The position numbers and the translations under genes were made by a program. Positions 20,121 to 29,936 of a stretch of 64,000 nt of DNA are shown here, one piece after another; position 1 is the first letter of the stretch, and each line of letters starts with the position of its first letter. Origin of the DNA: Bacilli bacterium. GTDB taxonomy: Bacteria > Bacillota_I > Bacilli_A > RFN20 > UBA1709. The stretch covers positions 384,001 to 448,000 of the forward strand of contig JBMNFL010000001.1 of assembly GCA_050949315.1 (NCBI GenBank), written 5' to 3'. The notes under the pieces were generated by a model, which worked only from the letters and a program-made list of their open reading frames with translations, had not been told where the DNA came from and searched no databases.

Positions 20121-21485
20121 CTACTCAATTTCATAACCTTTCCTTTTAATAAGATTAACAACTTGATTGCAGTATTTATTGCATTCTTTTTGTGTTTCGG
20201 CTTCAACCATAACACGAATCAATGGCTCAGTACCTGATCCACGGACCAAAATACGTCCAGTTGTTCCTAAAGCCTCTTCTACTTTTTTAATTGAATTTTT
20301 AACATCCTCATCATTTAAGACCGTGGCTTTATCTTGAACTTTAACGTTGATTAAAGTTTGGGGATAAATCTTAAATTGAGAAGTTAAAATAGATAATGTT
20401 GTTTTCTTAGCTAACATTACTTCCATTAACTTTAACGAGGTTAAAATCCCATCACCTGTCGTGGCGTATTTTGGGAAAATAATATGACCTGATTGCTCAC
20501 CACCAAAAGAATCGTGGTGTTTTTTAATGTGTTCATAGACATTTTTATCACCAACTGGCACTTTGACATACTTAATCCCTAATTCATCAAAAGACTTATA
20601 TAAGCCCAAATTAGACATTATGGTTGTCACAACCGTATCATTTGCTAAGGCATTTTTCTCTTTCATATGACGAGCACAAATATACATTATATGATCGCCT
20701 GTTAAGATTTGACCATTTTCATCAACCGCTAAACAGCGATCAGCATCACCATCGTAAGCAAAGCCGACATCTAACTTATTGTCAATTACAAGTTTCTGTA
20801 AACTTTCAAGATGGGTTGAGCCTGAATTAAGATTGATATTATAACCATTAGGCTGGGCATTAATAAGATAAGTTGAGGCCCCAAAAGCATCAAAGACATT
20901 TTTAGCGATAGCCCAAGCACTACCATTTGCACAATCAAGACCTACCCTAATTCCTTTAAAGGAATATAAACCGATAGAAATAAGATATGCAGTATAGCGA
21001 TTACGACCGGCTACATAATCTATAACCGCCCCTAAATCGGCTCTAGTTGCTAAAGGTATTTCAAATTTGCCATCCAAATATTCCTCAATCTTTAAGATGA
21101 CTTTTTCTTCCATCTTTTCACCTTTACGATTAACAAGTTTAATACCATTATCATAATAGGGATTATGAGAAGCCGAAATCATAATACCACAATCAAAATC
21201 ATCAACTCTTGTTATATAACAAATAGAAGGTGTGGTAGTTACGTGCATGATATAAACATCAGCGCCACTAGAAACTATACCAGCCGCTAAGGAGTTCTCT
21301 ATCATGTAACTTGAACGACGAGTATCTTTACCAATAACAATCTTGGCCGATTCAGCACTTCCTGCTTGTTGTTTCAGCCCTTTATAATACCAACCAAGAA
21401 AACGACCAATTCTAAAAGCATCGTTTGCCTTTAGATCAACATTGACTTCACCTCGAAAACCATCAGTACCGAAATATTTTTTCAT
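20121..21485 (-). CDS. glmM: Phosphoglucosamine mutase
   Basis: KYFGTDGFRG, MISASHNP, DGDADR, GGEQSGH, SGTEPLIRVMVE. Confidence 0.95.
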   Translation of the reverse strand: MKKYFGTDGFRGEVNVDLKANDAFRIGRFLGWYYKGLKQQAGSAESAKIVIGKDTRRSSYMIENSLAAGIVSSGADVYIMHVTTTPSICYITRVDDFDCGIMISASHNPYYDNGIKLVNRKGEKMEEKVILKIEEYLDGKFEIPLATRADLGAVIDYVAGRNRYTAYLISIGLYSFKGIRVGLDCANGSAWAIAKNVFDAFGASTYLINAQPNGYNINLNSGSTHLESLQKLVIDNKLDVGFAYDGDADRCLAVDENGQILTGDHIMYICARHMKEKNALANDTVVTTIMSNLGLYKSFDELGIKYVKVPVGDKNVYEHIKKHHDSFGGEQSGHIIFPKYATTGDGILTSLKLMEVMLAKKTTLSILTSQFKIYPQTLINVKVQDKATVLNDEDVKNSIKKVEEALGTTGRILVRGSGTEPLIRVMVEAETQKECNKYCNQVVNLIKRKGYEIE

Positions 21486-21496
21486 AAAATTCACTC

Positions 21497-22222
21497 CTAT
21501 TTTATTAATTCTGCCGCTTCTTCATCTAAAACAACAATACAATTAGGATGTCTTTGTAAGATAGATGCTGGACAGTTTTCACTAACTGGTCCTTTTAACA
21601 TATCATAAACAGCCTGCGCTTTGTTTTTACCACTAGCTAATAATAATATTTTCTTGGCTCGCATAATGTTTTTTGGTCCTTGTGTATATGCTTTTGTTGG
21701 AACCTCACTAATATCCTTAAACAAACGGGAATTGTCTTTAATCGTGGAAGCAGTAAGAGTGGCAACATGGGTTTCGGCTTCAAAAGAAGTCCCAGGCTCA
21801 TTAAAAGCAATATGCCCATCGCTTCCTATTCCTAGTAATTGAATATCGGGAACATTTTCTTTTAAAATCTCATTATAACGTTGACATTCTTCTTTGGGAT
21901 CTAAAGCCTTACCATTTTCAATATGGGTATTCTTTAAGTCAATATCAAGATAATCAAATAAATTAACTCGCATAAAATAAGCATAAGATTGATCATTAGA
22001 ATAATCTAGGCCTAGATACTCATCTAGGTTAACTGTTCTTACCTTTTTATATGAAGTTTTATTTTCTTGATGATCTTTAATTAACTCTTGATATAGACCC
22101 AAAGGTGTGGTTCCAGTAGCTAAACCTAAACAAGCATTAGGCTTATTTTTGATAACATCGATCATAATCTTAAATGCTTCTTTACTAAGTTCGTCATAAT
22201 TTTTTGTGATTATAACTTTCAC
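21497..22222 (-). CDS. nagB: Glucosamine-6-phosphate deaminase
   Basis: LGLATGTTP, NLDEY, LGIGSDGHIAFNEPG, PASILQRH. Confidence 0.96.
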   Translation of the reverse strand: MKVIITKNYDELSKEAFKIMIDVIKNKPNACLGLATGTTPLGLYQELIKDHQENKTSYKKVRTVNLDEYLGLDYSNDQSYAYFMRVNLFDYLDIDLKNTHIENGKALDPKEECQRYNEILKENVPDIQLLGIGSDGHIAFNEPGTSFEAETHVATLTASTIKDNSRLFKDISEVPTKAYTQGPKNIMRAKKILLLASGKNKAQAVYDMLKGPVSENCPASILQRHPNCIVVLDEEAAELIK

Positions 22223-22227
22223 CCTAA

Positions 22228-22896
22228 CTACCTCTTTTTAACAATCTCTTTAGCACTCTTATAAATGCTGTTGTTTTCAATAACACCTCGAACATTAGAT
22301 AAAGGGTAGATTGTACAATTCCTACCAATAATTGTGCCTGGATTTAACACGGTATTACAACCAATCTCTGTGTTGTCACCAATTAAAGCACCAAACTTTC
22401 TAAGCCCAGTATTTATATTTTGTTTTCCATCATGCACAAATACTGTTGTTTTATCAGATTTAATATTAGAAGTTATTGCTCCAGCACCTAAATGCACCCT
22501 ATAACCGAGAATACTATCACCGACATAATTATAATGAGGCACATGTACTTCATCAAAAAGAATGGAATTTTTAAGTTCTGCACTATTACCAACTACACAA
22601 TCGTTACCAACTATAACACTGCCACGAATAAAGGCCCCGTGTCGAACTTCGCTTCTTTCTCCAATAATACATGGACCAGTTAAATACGCACTATCAAAAA
22701 TTTTAGCACTCTTATGTACCCAGACATTTTCATTAACTTCTAAATACTCTTCTTTTGGTAAACTTTCTCCCAACTGAATTATCATTCTTTTGATTCCACC
22801 TAGTGCCTCCCAAGGATATTTAAAAGCACTTAGATAATTGCCTGCCATAGAATGAATAAAATTATATAGATTTTTAGTTTGACTGTCTAAAGTCAC
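22228..22896 (-). CDS. Stand-alone GlmU C-terminal-like hexapeptide acetyltransferase
   Basis: Left-handed beta-helix repeats, PHYNYVGDSILG, GAGAITSN, RKFGALIGD; no N-terminal uridyltransferase domain. Confidence 0.8.
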   Translation of the reverse strand: MTLDSQTKNLYNFIHSMAGNYLSAFKYPWEALGGIKRMIIQLGESLPKEEYLEVNENVWVHKSAKIFDSAYLTGPCIIGERSEVRHGAFIRGSVIVGNDCVVGNSAELKNSILFDEVHVPHYNYVGDSILGYRVHLGAGAITSNIKSDKTTVFVHDGKQNINTGLRKFGALIGDNTEIGCNTVLNPGTIIGRNCTIYPLSNVRGVIENNSIYKSAKEIVKKR

Positions 22897-23024
22897 TTTA
22901 TAAAACCTCCTTGCGAAAATTGAAATTAAATAGTGTTAACTTTGTTAGAATAAAATGATGGCATAGTGATTTGTTTTTTTATTAAACCGAAACGATTATA
23001 TAATTTCTTTCATTTTGTATGTAA

Positions 23025-24047
23025 TTACACTTTGTAATATTTCTTGTACCATCTAGCAAAACTTCTTAATCCTTCTCTAAGTGATGTTTTTGGTTTGAAT
23101 TTAAAATCTCTTTCTAAATCACTTATATCAGCGTATGTAATTGGAACATCACCCTTTTGCATAGGGACTAATTTCTTATGTGCTTCAAAATCATAATCAA
23201 TAGGTAAGACCCCTTCAGACACTAACTCTTCTGATAATATTTGTACAAAATCTAACAGATTTTCTGGATTGTTATTTCCAATGTTATAAATTTTGTACGG
23301 AGCATCTGGTAACCCATCTTCTCCCACTTTCTTTTCAGGCGCTCTATTCATCACTCTAATCACACCTTCAATAGCATCATCTATATATGTAAAATCACGT
23401 TTGCAATTACCATAATTAAAAATCTCAATCGTGTTACCCTTGATAAGTTTATTAGTAAATGAGAAATATGCCATATCGGGTCTTCCCATCGGCCCATAAA
23501 CCGTAAAGAACCTAAGGCCTGTGGTTGGAATATCATACAACTTACTATATGCATACGCTAATAATTCGTTTGATTTCTTCGTGGCCGCATACAAACTTAC
23601 TGGATTATCTACTTTATCACCTGTGCTGAATGGTATTTTTGTATTACCACCATAAACAGATGAACTTGATGCATACACTAAATGTTTAACTGGATGATGT
23701 CTACAAGCCTCAAGAATGTTGTAAAATCCAATGATATTTGATTGGATATATGCATCTGGATGATCAATGGAATATCTCACCCCTGCTTGAGCGGCTAAAT
23801 TTACCACAATATCAATTTCATTTTCGGCAAATAATTTATTTATAAATGCTTTATCAGATATATCACCCTTAATAAATCTAAAATTAGCAAAAGGAGACAA
23901 CATCTTAAGTCTTTCTTCCTTTAGTGAGACTTCGTAATATTCATTAAGGTTATCTACACCGATAATTGTATCATTAGTTGTCCTTAATAATTTATCACAA
24001 AGAAAAGCACCGATAAAACCAGCTGAGCCCGTAATTAATATCTTCAT
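23025..24047 (-). CDS. NAD-dependent epimerase, UDP-glucuronate 4-epimerase-like
   Basis: TGSAGFIG, NLAAQAGVRYS, YAATKKSNE, RFFTVYGPMGRPDMA. Confidence 0.9.
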   Translation of the reverse strand: MKILITGSAGFIGAFLCDKLLRTTNDTIIGVDNLNEYYEVSLKEERLKMLSPFANFRFIKGDISDKAFINKLFAENEIDIVVNLAAQAGVRYSIDHPDAYIQSNIIGFYNILEACRHHPVKHLVYASSSSVYGGNTKIPFSTGDKVDNPVSLYAATKKSNELLAYAYSKLYDIPTTGLRFFTVYGPMGRPDMAYFSFTNKLIKGNTIEIFNYGNCKRDFTYIDDAIEGVIRVMNRAPEKKVGEDGLPDAPYKIYNIGNNNPENLLDFVQILSEELVSEGVLPIDYDFEAHKKLVPMQKGDVPITYADISDLERDFKFKPKTSLREGLRSFARWYKKYYKV

Positions 24048-24049
24048 AA

Positions 24050-25282
24050 CTAATCCCTCTTAAAAATATCCCTTGTATATACTTTATCTTTAACGTCATC
24101 TAAGCAAGAAGCATATCTATTAGCTATAATCGCATGCGACATCTTTTTGAATCTCTTCAGGTCGTTCACCACTTCAGAGCCGAAAAAAAGTTCACCGTCG
24201 TTCAAAGTGGGTTCATAGATTATTACTTTGGCACCTTTAGCTTTAATACGCTTCATTACACCTTGGATAGATGATTGACGGAAATTATCACTGTTAGATT
24301 TCATTGTGAGTCTGTAAACTCCAATAACAACTTCCTTTTCTTTTTGTTTATCCCAAGATGAACTAGCCGTATAATAGTCAACCATTTGCAATACTCTATC
24401 AGCAATAAAGTCTTTCCTTGTCCTATTACTTTCTACAATAGCGCTAATTAAATTTTCTGGAACATCATCAAAGTTTGCTCGTAATTGCTTGGTGTCTTTT
24501 GGTAAGCAATATCCACCATATCCAAACGATGGATTGTTGTAATGTGTACCAATTCTTGGATCTAAACAAACCCCATCAATAATTGACTTGGTGTCTAAAC
24601 CTTTACTTTCTGCATATGAATCCAATTCATTGAAATATGCAACACGTAAAGCGAGATAAGTATTAGCAAATAGTTTTACTGCTTCTGCTTCGGTAAGTCC
24701 CATTGTAAGCACAGAGATGTCTTTTTTAATAGCGCCATTGGCAAGCAAATTAGCAAATTTCTCCGCTTTTGCTTTTTCATTCGTCTCACAGCCAACAATT
24801 ATTCTTGATGGATATAAGTTGTCCTCTAAAGCTTTTGACTCTCTTAAGAATTCTGGGGAGAAAAGAATGTTATTAGTTTTATACTTGGCTCTTACGCTTT
24901 TTGTATAACCTACTGGAACAGTAGACTTAATAATCATTGTTGCATTAGGGTTTACTTTTAAAACAAACTCAATAACTTGCTCAACATAAGTCGTATCAAA
25001 AAAATTCTTCACTGGGTCATAATTAGTTGGTGTAGCTATTACTACAAATTCAGCGTCTTTATAAGCTACTTCCCCATCAAGTGTAGCAACTAAATTCAAT
25101 TCTTTTTCTTTAAAATACTTTTCAATATAGTCATCCTGAATCGGTGAGATACGTGCATTAACTTTATCTACTTTATCGGAAACAACATCAACTAGTTTTA
25201 CATCGTTGTTTTGTGCAAGAAGGGTTGCAATAGATAAGCCAACATATCCCGCGCCCGCTACTGCTATTTTATATTGTTTCAT
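24050..25282 (-). CDS. ugd: UDP-glucose 6-dehydrogenase
   Basis: [37 protein letters not shown]. Confidence 0.95.
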   Translation of the reverse strand: MKQYKIAVAGAGYVGLSIATLLAQNNDVKLVDVVSDKVDKVNARISPIQDDYIEKYFKEKELNLVATLDGEVAYKDAEFVVIATPTNYDPVKNFFDTTYVEQVIEFVLKVNPNATMIIKSTVPVGYTKSVRAKYKTNNILFSPEFLRESKALEDNLYPSRIIVGCETNEKAKAEKFANLLANGAIKKDISVLTMGLTEAEAVKLFANTYLALRVAYFNELDSYAESKGLDTKSIIDGVCLDPRIGTHYNNPSFGYGGYCLPKDTKQLRANFDDVPENLISAIVESNRTRKDFIADRVLQMVDYYTASSSWDKQKEKEVVIGVYRLTMKSNSDNFRQSSIQGVMKRIKAKGAKVIIYEPTLNDGELFFGSEVVNDLKRFKKMSHAIIANRYASCLDDVKDKVYTRDIFKRD

Positions 25283-25461
25283 AATTACCTACTCTCCTTT
25301 CGGTGCATTATCTGTCTCCATATATTTTTTTGTAATATTTCTAGTGTCAGCGCCTGTGCTCCGCTCACTGGTGTGTTTTTTTCTAGTTATTTGGGTGCAA
25401 CAATTTCAAAATAGCTACGCTGAATTCTTAACTACAGCCACCGCAAGAGGAATTTAAAAAA

Positions 25462-26046
25462 CTATTTACCATGGCCTAACAACTTCTTATATTCTTTAAG
25501 ACTCATTAAATTAGAATCTTTGCTGCTAATAATAAGATTCTTTTCCCCACCTATTTTTTCAAATGGCCATTGAATATTGATGTCTTTATCGTTATACATA
25601 ATGCCAGAATCACCTTCTCCATAGAAAACTTCAGCACATTTATAACTCACTATGGAATCTTCAAGAACTAAATACCCGTGACCAAAAAAAGGCGGAACGA
25701 GTATTTCGTTCATATTCTCGCCAGTCAAATCAAAACCTAGCCACTTCCCAAATGTTGGTGAATTTGGCCTTAAATCAACTATCACATCATAAACATGCCC
25801 ACTGACACATCTGACCAATTTGGCTTGTTGCTTAACTAATTGAAAATGAATAGCACGTATAACACCTTTTTTCGAGATTGTATAAAAAATCTCTTTCAAC
25901 TCGTGTTCTATTCCGTTTGCCTTAAAAGTGTCGACATTGTAGTCTTTTATAAAACCACCGCGATCATCAGAAGCGTAAAATGGCTTGATTAAGAAAGCAC
26001 CTTTTAATTCTAATTCCTTGAATTCAAATTTTTGAACCATTTGCAT
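25462..26046 (-). CDS. RmlC-like NDP-4-keto-6-deoxyhexose epimerase
   Basis: DDRGGF, SKKGVIRAIHFQ, QAKLVRC, DVIVDLR, GHGYL. Confidence 0.88.
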   Translation of the reverse strand: MQMVQKFEFKELELKGAFLIKPFYASDDRGGFIKDYNVDTFKANGIEHELKEIFYTISKKGVIRAIHFQLVKQQAKLVRCVSGHVYDVIVDLRPNSPTFGKWLGFDLTGENMNEILVPPFFGHGYLVLEDSIVSYKCAEVFYGEGDSGIMYNDKDINIQWPFEKIGGEKNLIISSKDSNLMSLKEYKKLLGHGK

Positions 26047-26051
26047 CACCT

Positions 26052-26945
26052 CTAATAATTTTGAATAGTAAAATGTATTAATTCATCAAAAGAGCCCGAT
26101 ATATAGTTTCCAATATCGTTAACTAGGTTGGTATTATCCAACATATTGAACGAATATTTTATGCCATCATCTTCTTTTTCACCAATTTTTATCAGTTCTG
26201 GTTTTCCAAAAACATAACCAACTTTAATTAAATAGTCAGCAAGAATCATTGGCGTACCAGATCCAATAAAATAAAAGTTTTGTTTTGTTTCTTTTATTCC
26301 GAGTCTATAAACCGCTTCAATCAAGTCATCAACGAAAATAAAATCATATGGCTGTCGTGCTGGCCCAAATGATGCCGTTTCATTTTTTTGAAGTTGACTT
26401 ATAGTATAACTAATTAAATTTCCTGTTTTATTGTTTGGGCCATAAATGTTTGAAAATTGCATCCAAATAAAATTTAATCCAACATTTTTACAATATGTTT
26501 CTAACAAAAGATGAGTAGCATGCTTTGCAGAGCCATAAAACATTCCTGGTCCCGCTTTTTTAAGATTAGGAAGACTCTCAATGTTCCTTTCTGCTATCGT
26601 ACCAGCGCACAAAAACTTCTTACAATCTAATTTTTTTGCGACTTTTGCACACAATAGAGCCATTTTAATATTTTGAAGTTGTACATCAATGTTGCCTTTA
26701 TCAGGACCATTTACACCAACCCAAGCAAAGTGATAAAAGAATTCATAATCGCGATTATTCATTTCTTGGGCTAGTTCTTGAATATTTTCTATAGATACTT
26801 CTTTCTTAAAAATCAAATCGCTTTTGGGCAGTTTTGAATTAGCGAAGGATATATCAATAGCCAAAACTTCAATATTATTTGCGATTAGTTTTTTAATTAG
26901 ACTTGAACCAACAAATCCATTCGCACCAGTAACTATTGCCTTCAT
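26052..26945 (-). CDS. NAD(P)-dependent SDR, likely an NDP-sugar 4-reductase or epimerase
   Basis: TGANGFVGS, YGSAK, NIYGP, YDFIFVDD. Confidence 0.8.
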   Translation of the reverse strand: MKAIVTGANGFVGSSLIKKLIANNIEVLAIDISFANSKLPKSDLIFKKEVSIENIQELAQEMNNRDYEFFYHFAWVGVNGPDKGNIDVQLQNIKMALLCAKVAKKLDCKKFLCAGTIAERNIESLPNLKKAGPGMFYGSAKHATHLLLETYCKNVGLNFIWMQFSNIYGPNNKTGNLISYTISQLQKNETASFGPARQPYDFIFVDDLIEAVYRLGIKETKQNFYFIGSGTPMILADYLIKVGYVFGKPELIKIGEKEDDGIKYSFNMLDNTNLVNDIGNYISGSFDELIHFTIQNY

Positions 26946-28003
26946 TCTATATCACCAAAGAATTCATTTATCTCTTTATCCATTTCTTCAAGAATCAATC
27001 CTTTATCTTTTAAATAAACGATGGTAAATTGAACAACTTTATCGACACATTCGTTGATATGCCATCTAGGTTTCCATCCAAATGTATCTTTAATCTTTTG
27101 ATTATTTAATTTAAGAAATGCCGCTTCATGTGGACCGCCGTCGTGTTTGTTAATCCACTTGAGGCCATGACCCCATTTTTCACAAAACATCGTCGCTAAA
27201 TCGCCCGTGTTTATGCAATCACATTCATCGGGACCAACATTATAATATCCTTCGTATTTTCTATCGTTATATTGCTTTTCAACAATCAAAAGGTAAATAT
27301 ACAACGGTTCTAAAACATGTTGATATGGTCTTGTTGAATATGGATTTCTAACAATAATATTTTCTCCTCTTTCTATTGCCCTAACACAATCTGGAATAAT
27401 CCTATCATTGGCAAAATCTCCGCCACCAATGACATTGCCCGCCCTAGCGGTAGAAACGGCACAGTTAGAAGAATTGAAAAAAGATTTTTTATAACAATGA
27501 GTCACTAATTCAGAACATGATTTTGAATTGGAATAAGGATCGTAGCCATCAAGTGGATCCTCTTCTTTAAACGGATGATTTGACTCATCATCGTTCAGAT
27601 AAACTTTATCTGTTGTAACATTCAAGAAAGATTTAACCGATGGAGTAAGTCTCACACATTCACAAATATTTACCGTTCCAATAACATTGGTTTCATACGT
27701 GTATTTCGGATTTATATATGAATCCCTAACAATAGTTTGCGCAGCTAAATGAAAAACTAGTTCTGGTTGATATTTATCAAATACTTGCTTCAAGTGTTCA
27801 TAATTGCGAACATCACCAATTATTGAAGTCATCTGAGTATCAATTTTGGATAGTTCAAACAAACTTGGATTTGTAGGTGCCTCTAATGAGTACCCAACGA
27901 CCCTTGCACCGGCATTTATTAAGATTCTACACAACCAAGTTCCTTTAAAACCGGTGTGCCCTGTAACTAAGACAGTTTTATCTTTATAAAAAGTTAAGTC
28001 CAT
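26942..28003 (-). CDS. rfbG: CDP-glucose 4,6-dehydratase
   Basis: VTGHTGFKGTWL, TTDKVY, DPYSNSK, ARAGNVIGGGD, RPYQHVLEPL. Confidence 0.95.
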   Translation of the reverse strand: MDLTFYKDKTVLVTGHTGFKGTWLCRILINAGARVVGYSLEAPTNPSLFELSKIDTQMTSIIGDVRNYEHLKQVFDKYQPELVFHLAAQTIVRDSYINPKYTYETNVIGTVNICECVRLTPSVKSFLNVTTDKVYLNDDESNHPFKEEDPLDGYDPYSNSKSCSELVTHCYKKSFFNSSNCAVSTARAGNVIGGGDFANDRIIPDCVRAIERGENIIVRNPYSTRPYQHVLEPLYIYLLIVEKQYNDRKYEGYYNVGPDECDCINTGDLATMFCEKWGHGLKWINKHDGGPHEAAFLKLNNQKIKDTFGWKPRWHINECVDKVVQFTIVYLKDKGLILEEMDKEINEFFGDIE

Positions 28004-28004
28004 G

Positions 28005-28778
28005 TTAATCCTCATATTTCCACGGTGCCTTACCGCTATTCCAGAGCTTTTCCAATTTTTCTTTGTCTCTTAATGTATCCATACACTGCCAAAAACCGGT
28101 GTGTTTATAGCAAACCATTTGACCCTCTGAAGCAATTCGTTCCATCGGTTGTCTTTCAAAAACAGTAGAATCTCCATCAATATAATCCAATACCTTTGGC
28201 TCTAAAACCATGAAACCAGCATTAATCCAGCCAGTATCGCGTTCGCTTTTTTCTCTAAACGAAAGAACTTGATTATTTTTTAAATCAATATACCCAAATC
28301 GACCCTCTGGCTGAATTGCGGTAATTGTTGCTAATTTTCCATTGGCTTTATGAAACTTGATCAATTCGTTAATATTGATATTGGACACACCATCTCCATA
28401 GGTCATTAAGAACGGTTCATTGCCAATATACTCTTTGACTCTTTTAAGTCTTCCTCCTGTCATCGTATTCAACCCTGTATCAACTATAGTTACTTTCCAT
28501 GGTTCGGAGTGTTTGTTATGTACCTCCATAACACCGCCGTTAGAAAAATCAAAAGTAATATCACTGGTGTGAATAAAATAATTTGCGAACCATTCTTTAA
28601 TTACAGATTGTTTGTAACCTGCACAAATAATGAATTCCTTAAATCCATAATGCGAATATTCTTTCATAATATGCCAAAGAATAGGCATCTCACCAATCTC
28701 AATCATTGGTTTGGGTCTGAGGTGAGATTCTTCGGAAATTCTTGTTCCAAAACCACCAGCTAACAATACAACTTTCAT
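28005..28778 (-). CDS. rfbF: Glucose-1-phosphate cytidylyltransferase
   Basis: LAGGFGTRISEE..PKPM, VDTGLNTMTGGR, TYGDG, FWQCMDTLRD. Confidence 0.96.
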   Translation of the reverse strand: MKVVLLAGGFGTRISEESHLRPKPMIEIGEMPILWHIMKEYSHYGFKEFIICAGYKQSVIKEWFANYFIHTSDITFDFSNGGVMEVHNKHSEPWKVTIVDTGLNTMTGGRLKRVKEYIGNEPFLMTYGDGVSNININELIKFHKANGKLATITAIQPEGRFGYIDLKNNQVLSFREKSERDTGWINAGFMVLEPKVLDYIDGDSTVFERQPMERIASEGQMVCYKHTGFWQCMDTLRDKEKLEKLWNSGKAPWKYED

Positions 28779-28790
28779 ATTTTACTCCTT

Positions 28791-29921
28791 TCAAATGTTA
28801 TGTTTTGAAAAAACATCAACTATATGTTCTGCTAAAAGAGAACCTTTATTTTTCCTGTAATAAACAAACAAATCATTCCCTTTTTTTGCAATGTTCTTTC
28901 CTAGGCTCTGCCCCTCAGCGGTTGATAAAAAATATAGAATTTTTTTGAAGTTTTGGAAATCCCAATCAATCGGAATATATGTTTCGTTTTCAATAAACAA
29001 ATTTGGAAATGTTTCAAGATGATTAACGGTTGGTTTGATCAAACAAGATCCAAACAAAAAAGCCTCAAAATCTCTATTACAAATTTCACCCCAACCAAAA
29101 GGACTAATTACAAACTTTGAACTTCTCATATTTAATTCATATGATTTTCTTGAAATCTTATTCCTTTCAACGATGTATTTGGAGTCATTGTATTGCTCCA
29201 CCTCAGAAAAAACTTTTAACCTTTGAAAAGAAATGGCGTTTTCTTCTTTCGGACAAGTCCCATTAAAAAATAGAGTAATGTTCTTTTCCTCAAAATCTGT
29301 ATAACGACCTTTTAAGTTAAGCGAATCTAGTGAAAGAAGTTTTTTAATTCTAGAAATCATTCCAGTTCGAATATTATTCCAAAAAGATATGTTCCATGAA
29401 ACATCTATTTTGCTTAGATTAGTAACATCGGCGATCCAAAAAACTTCTGTTTCATTTGAAGGAGCAGAAAGATGAAATGTTTTATAATAATAATCGGTAT
29501 GTATTCTTTGTCCCTTAAATTGATTGGTGTATAAATGCTTATCTTTTAATATTTGTTTCTTGAGATATAAGTCAACAACATCCAAAACGTCAAACATACA
29601 TGTACCTGTACTATCTGAACAATCCATCCACACCAGTTTGTTACATTTTTCTTTAATGTTCTCTAATATTAGCCGTCTTTGATCTGTGCCAATTCTTCCA
29701 AGTTCTGATTTGTGATGAATTGCTAAAACAACAATATCATATGACTTTTCTTTTTTTAATTGTGAGATAAGACTCTTTTTCAAAAAAATATTCACAATGT
29801 CGAGCCTTGAAAAATTAATATGATATCCAAGTTTTTTAAAATATTTCTTTGCCTCAAACAGAGGCTGCAACCAAGCAAATGTATAATATGTATTATCAAA
29901 AAAAACATGAATCTCTCTCAT
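28791..29921 (-). CDS. Putative glycosyltransferase (GT-B-like)
   Basis: SKFVISPFGWGEICNRDFEA motif resembles exostosin-like/GT-B C-terminal domains; locus context. Confidence 0.55.
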   Translation of the reverse strand: MREIHVFFDNTYYTFAWLQPLFEAKKYFKKLGYHINFSRLDIVNIFLKKSLISQLKKEKSYDIVVLAIHHKSELGRIGTDQRRLILENIKEKCNKLVWMDCSDSTGTCMFDVLDVVDLYLKKQILKDKHLYTNQFKGQRIHTDYYYKTFHLSAPSNETEVFWIADVTNLSKIDVSWNISFWNNIRTGMISRIKKLLSLDSLNLKGRYTDFEEKNITLFFNGTCPKEENAISFQRLKVFSEVEQYNDSKYIVERNKISRKSYELNMRSSKFVISPFGWGEICNRDFEAFLFGSCLIKPTVNHLETFPNLFIENETYIPIDWDFQNFKKILYFLSTAEGQSLGKNIAKKGNDLFVYYRKNKGSLLAEHIVDVFSKHNI

Positions 29922-29936
29922 AGCACACCTCATCCA

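Noticed and set aside
25391-25404. TTGGGTGCAACAAT matching the AbiEi operator half TTGGGTGCAATAAT at 60147
   Set aside because: A single half-site with no inverted partner; plausible by chance
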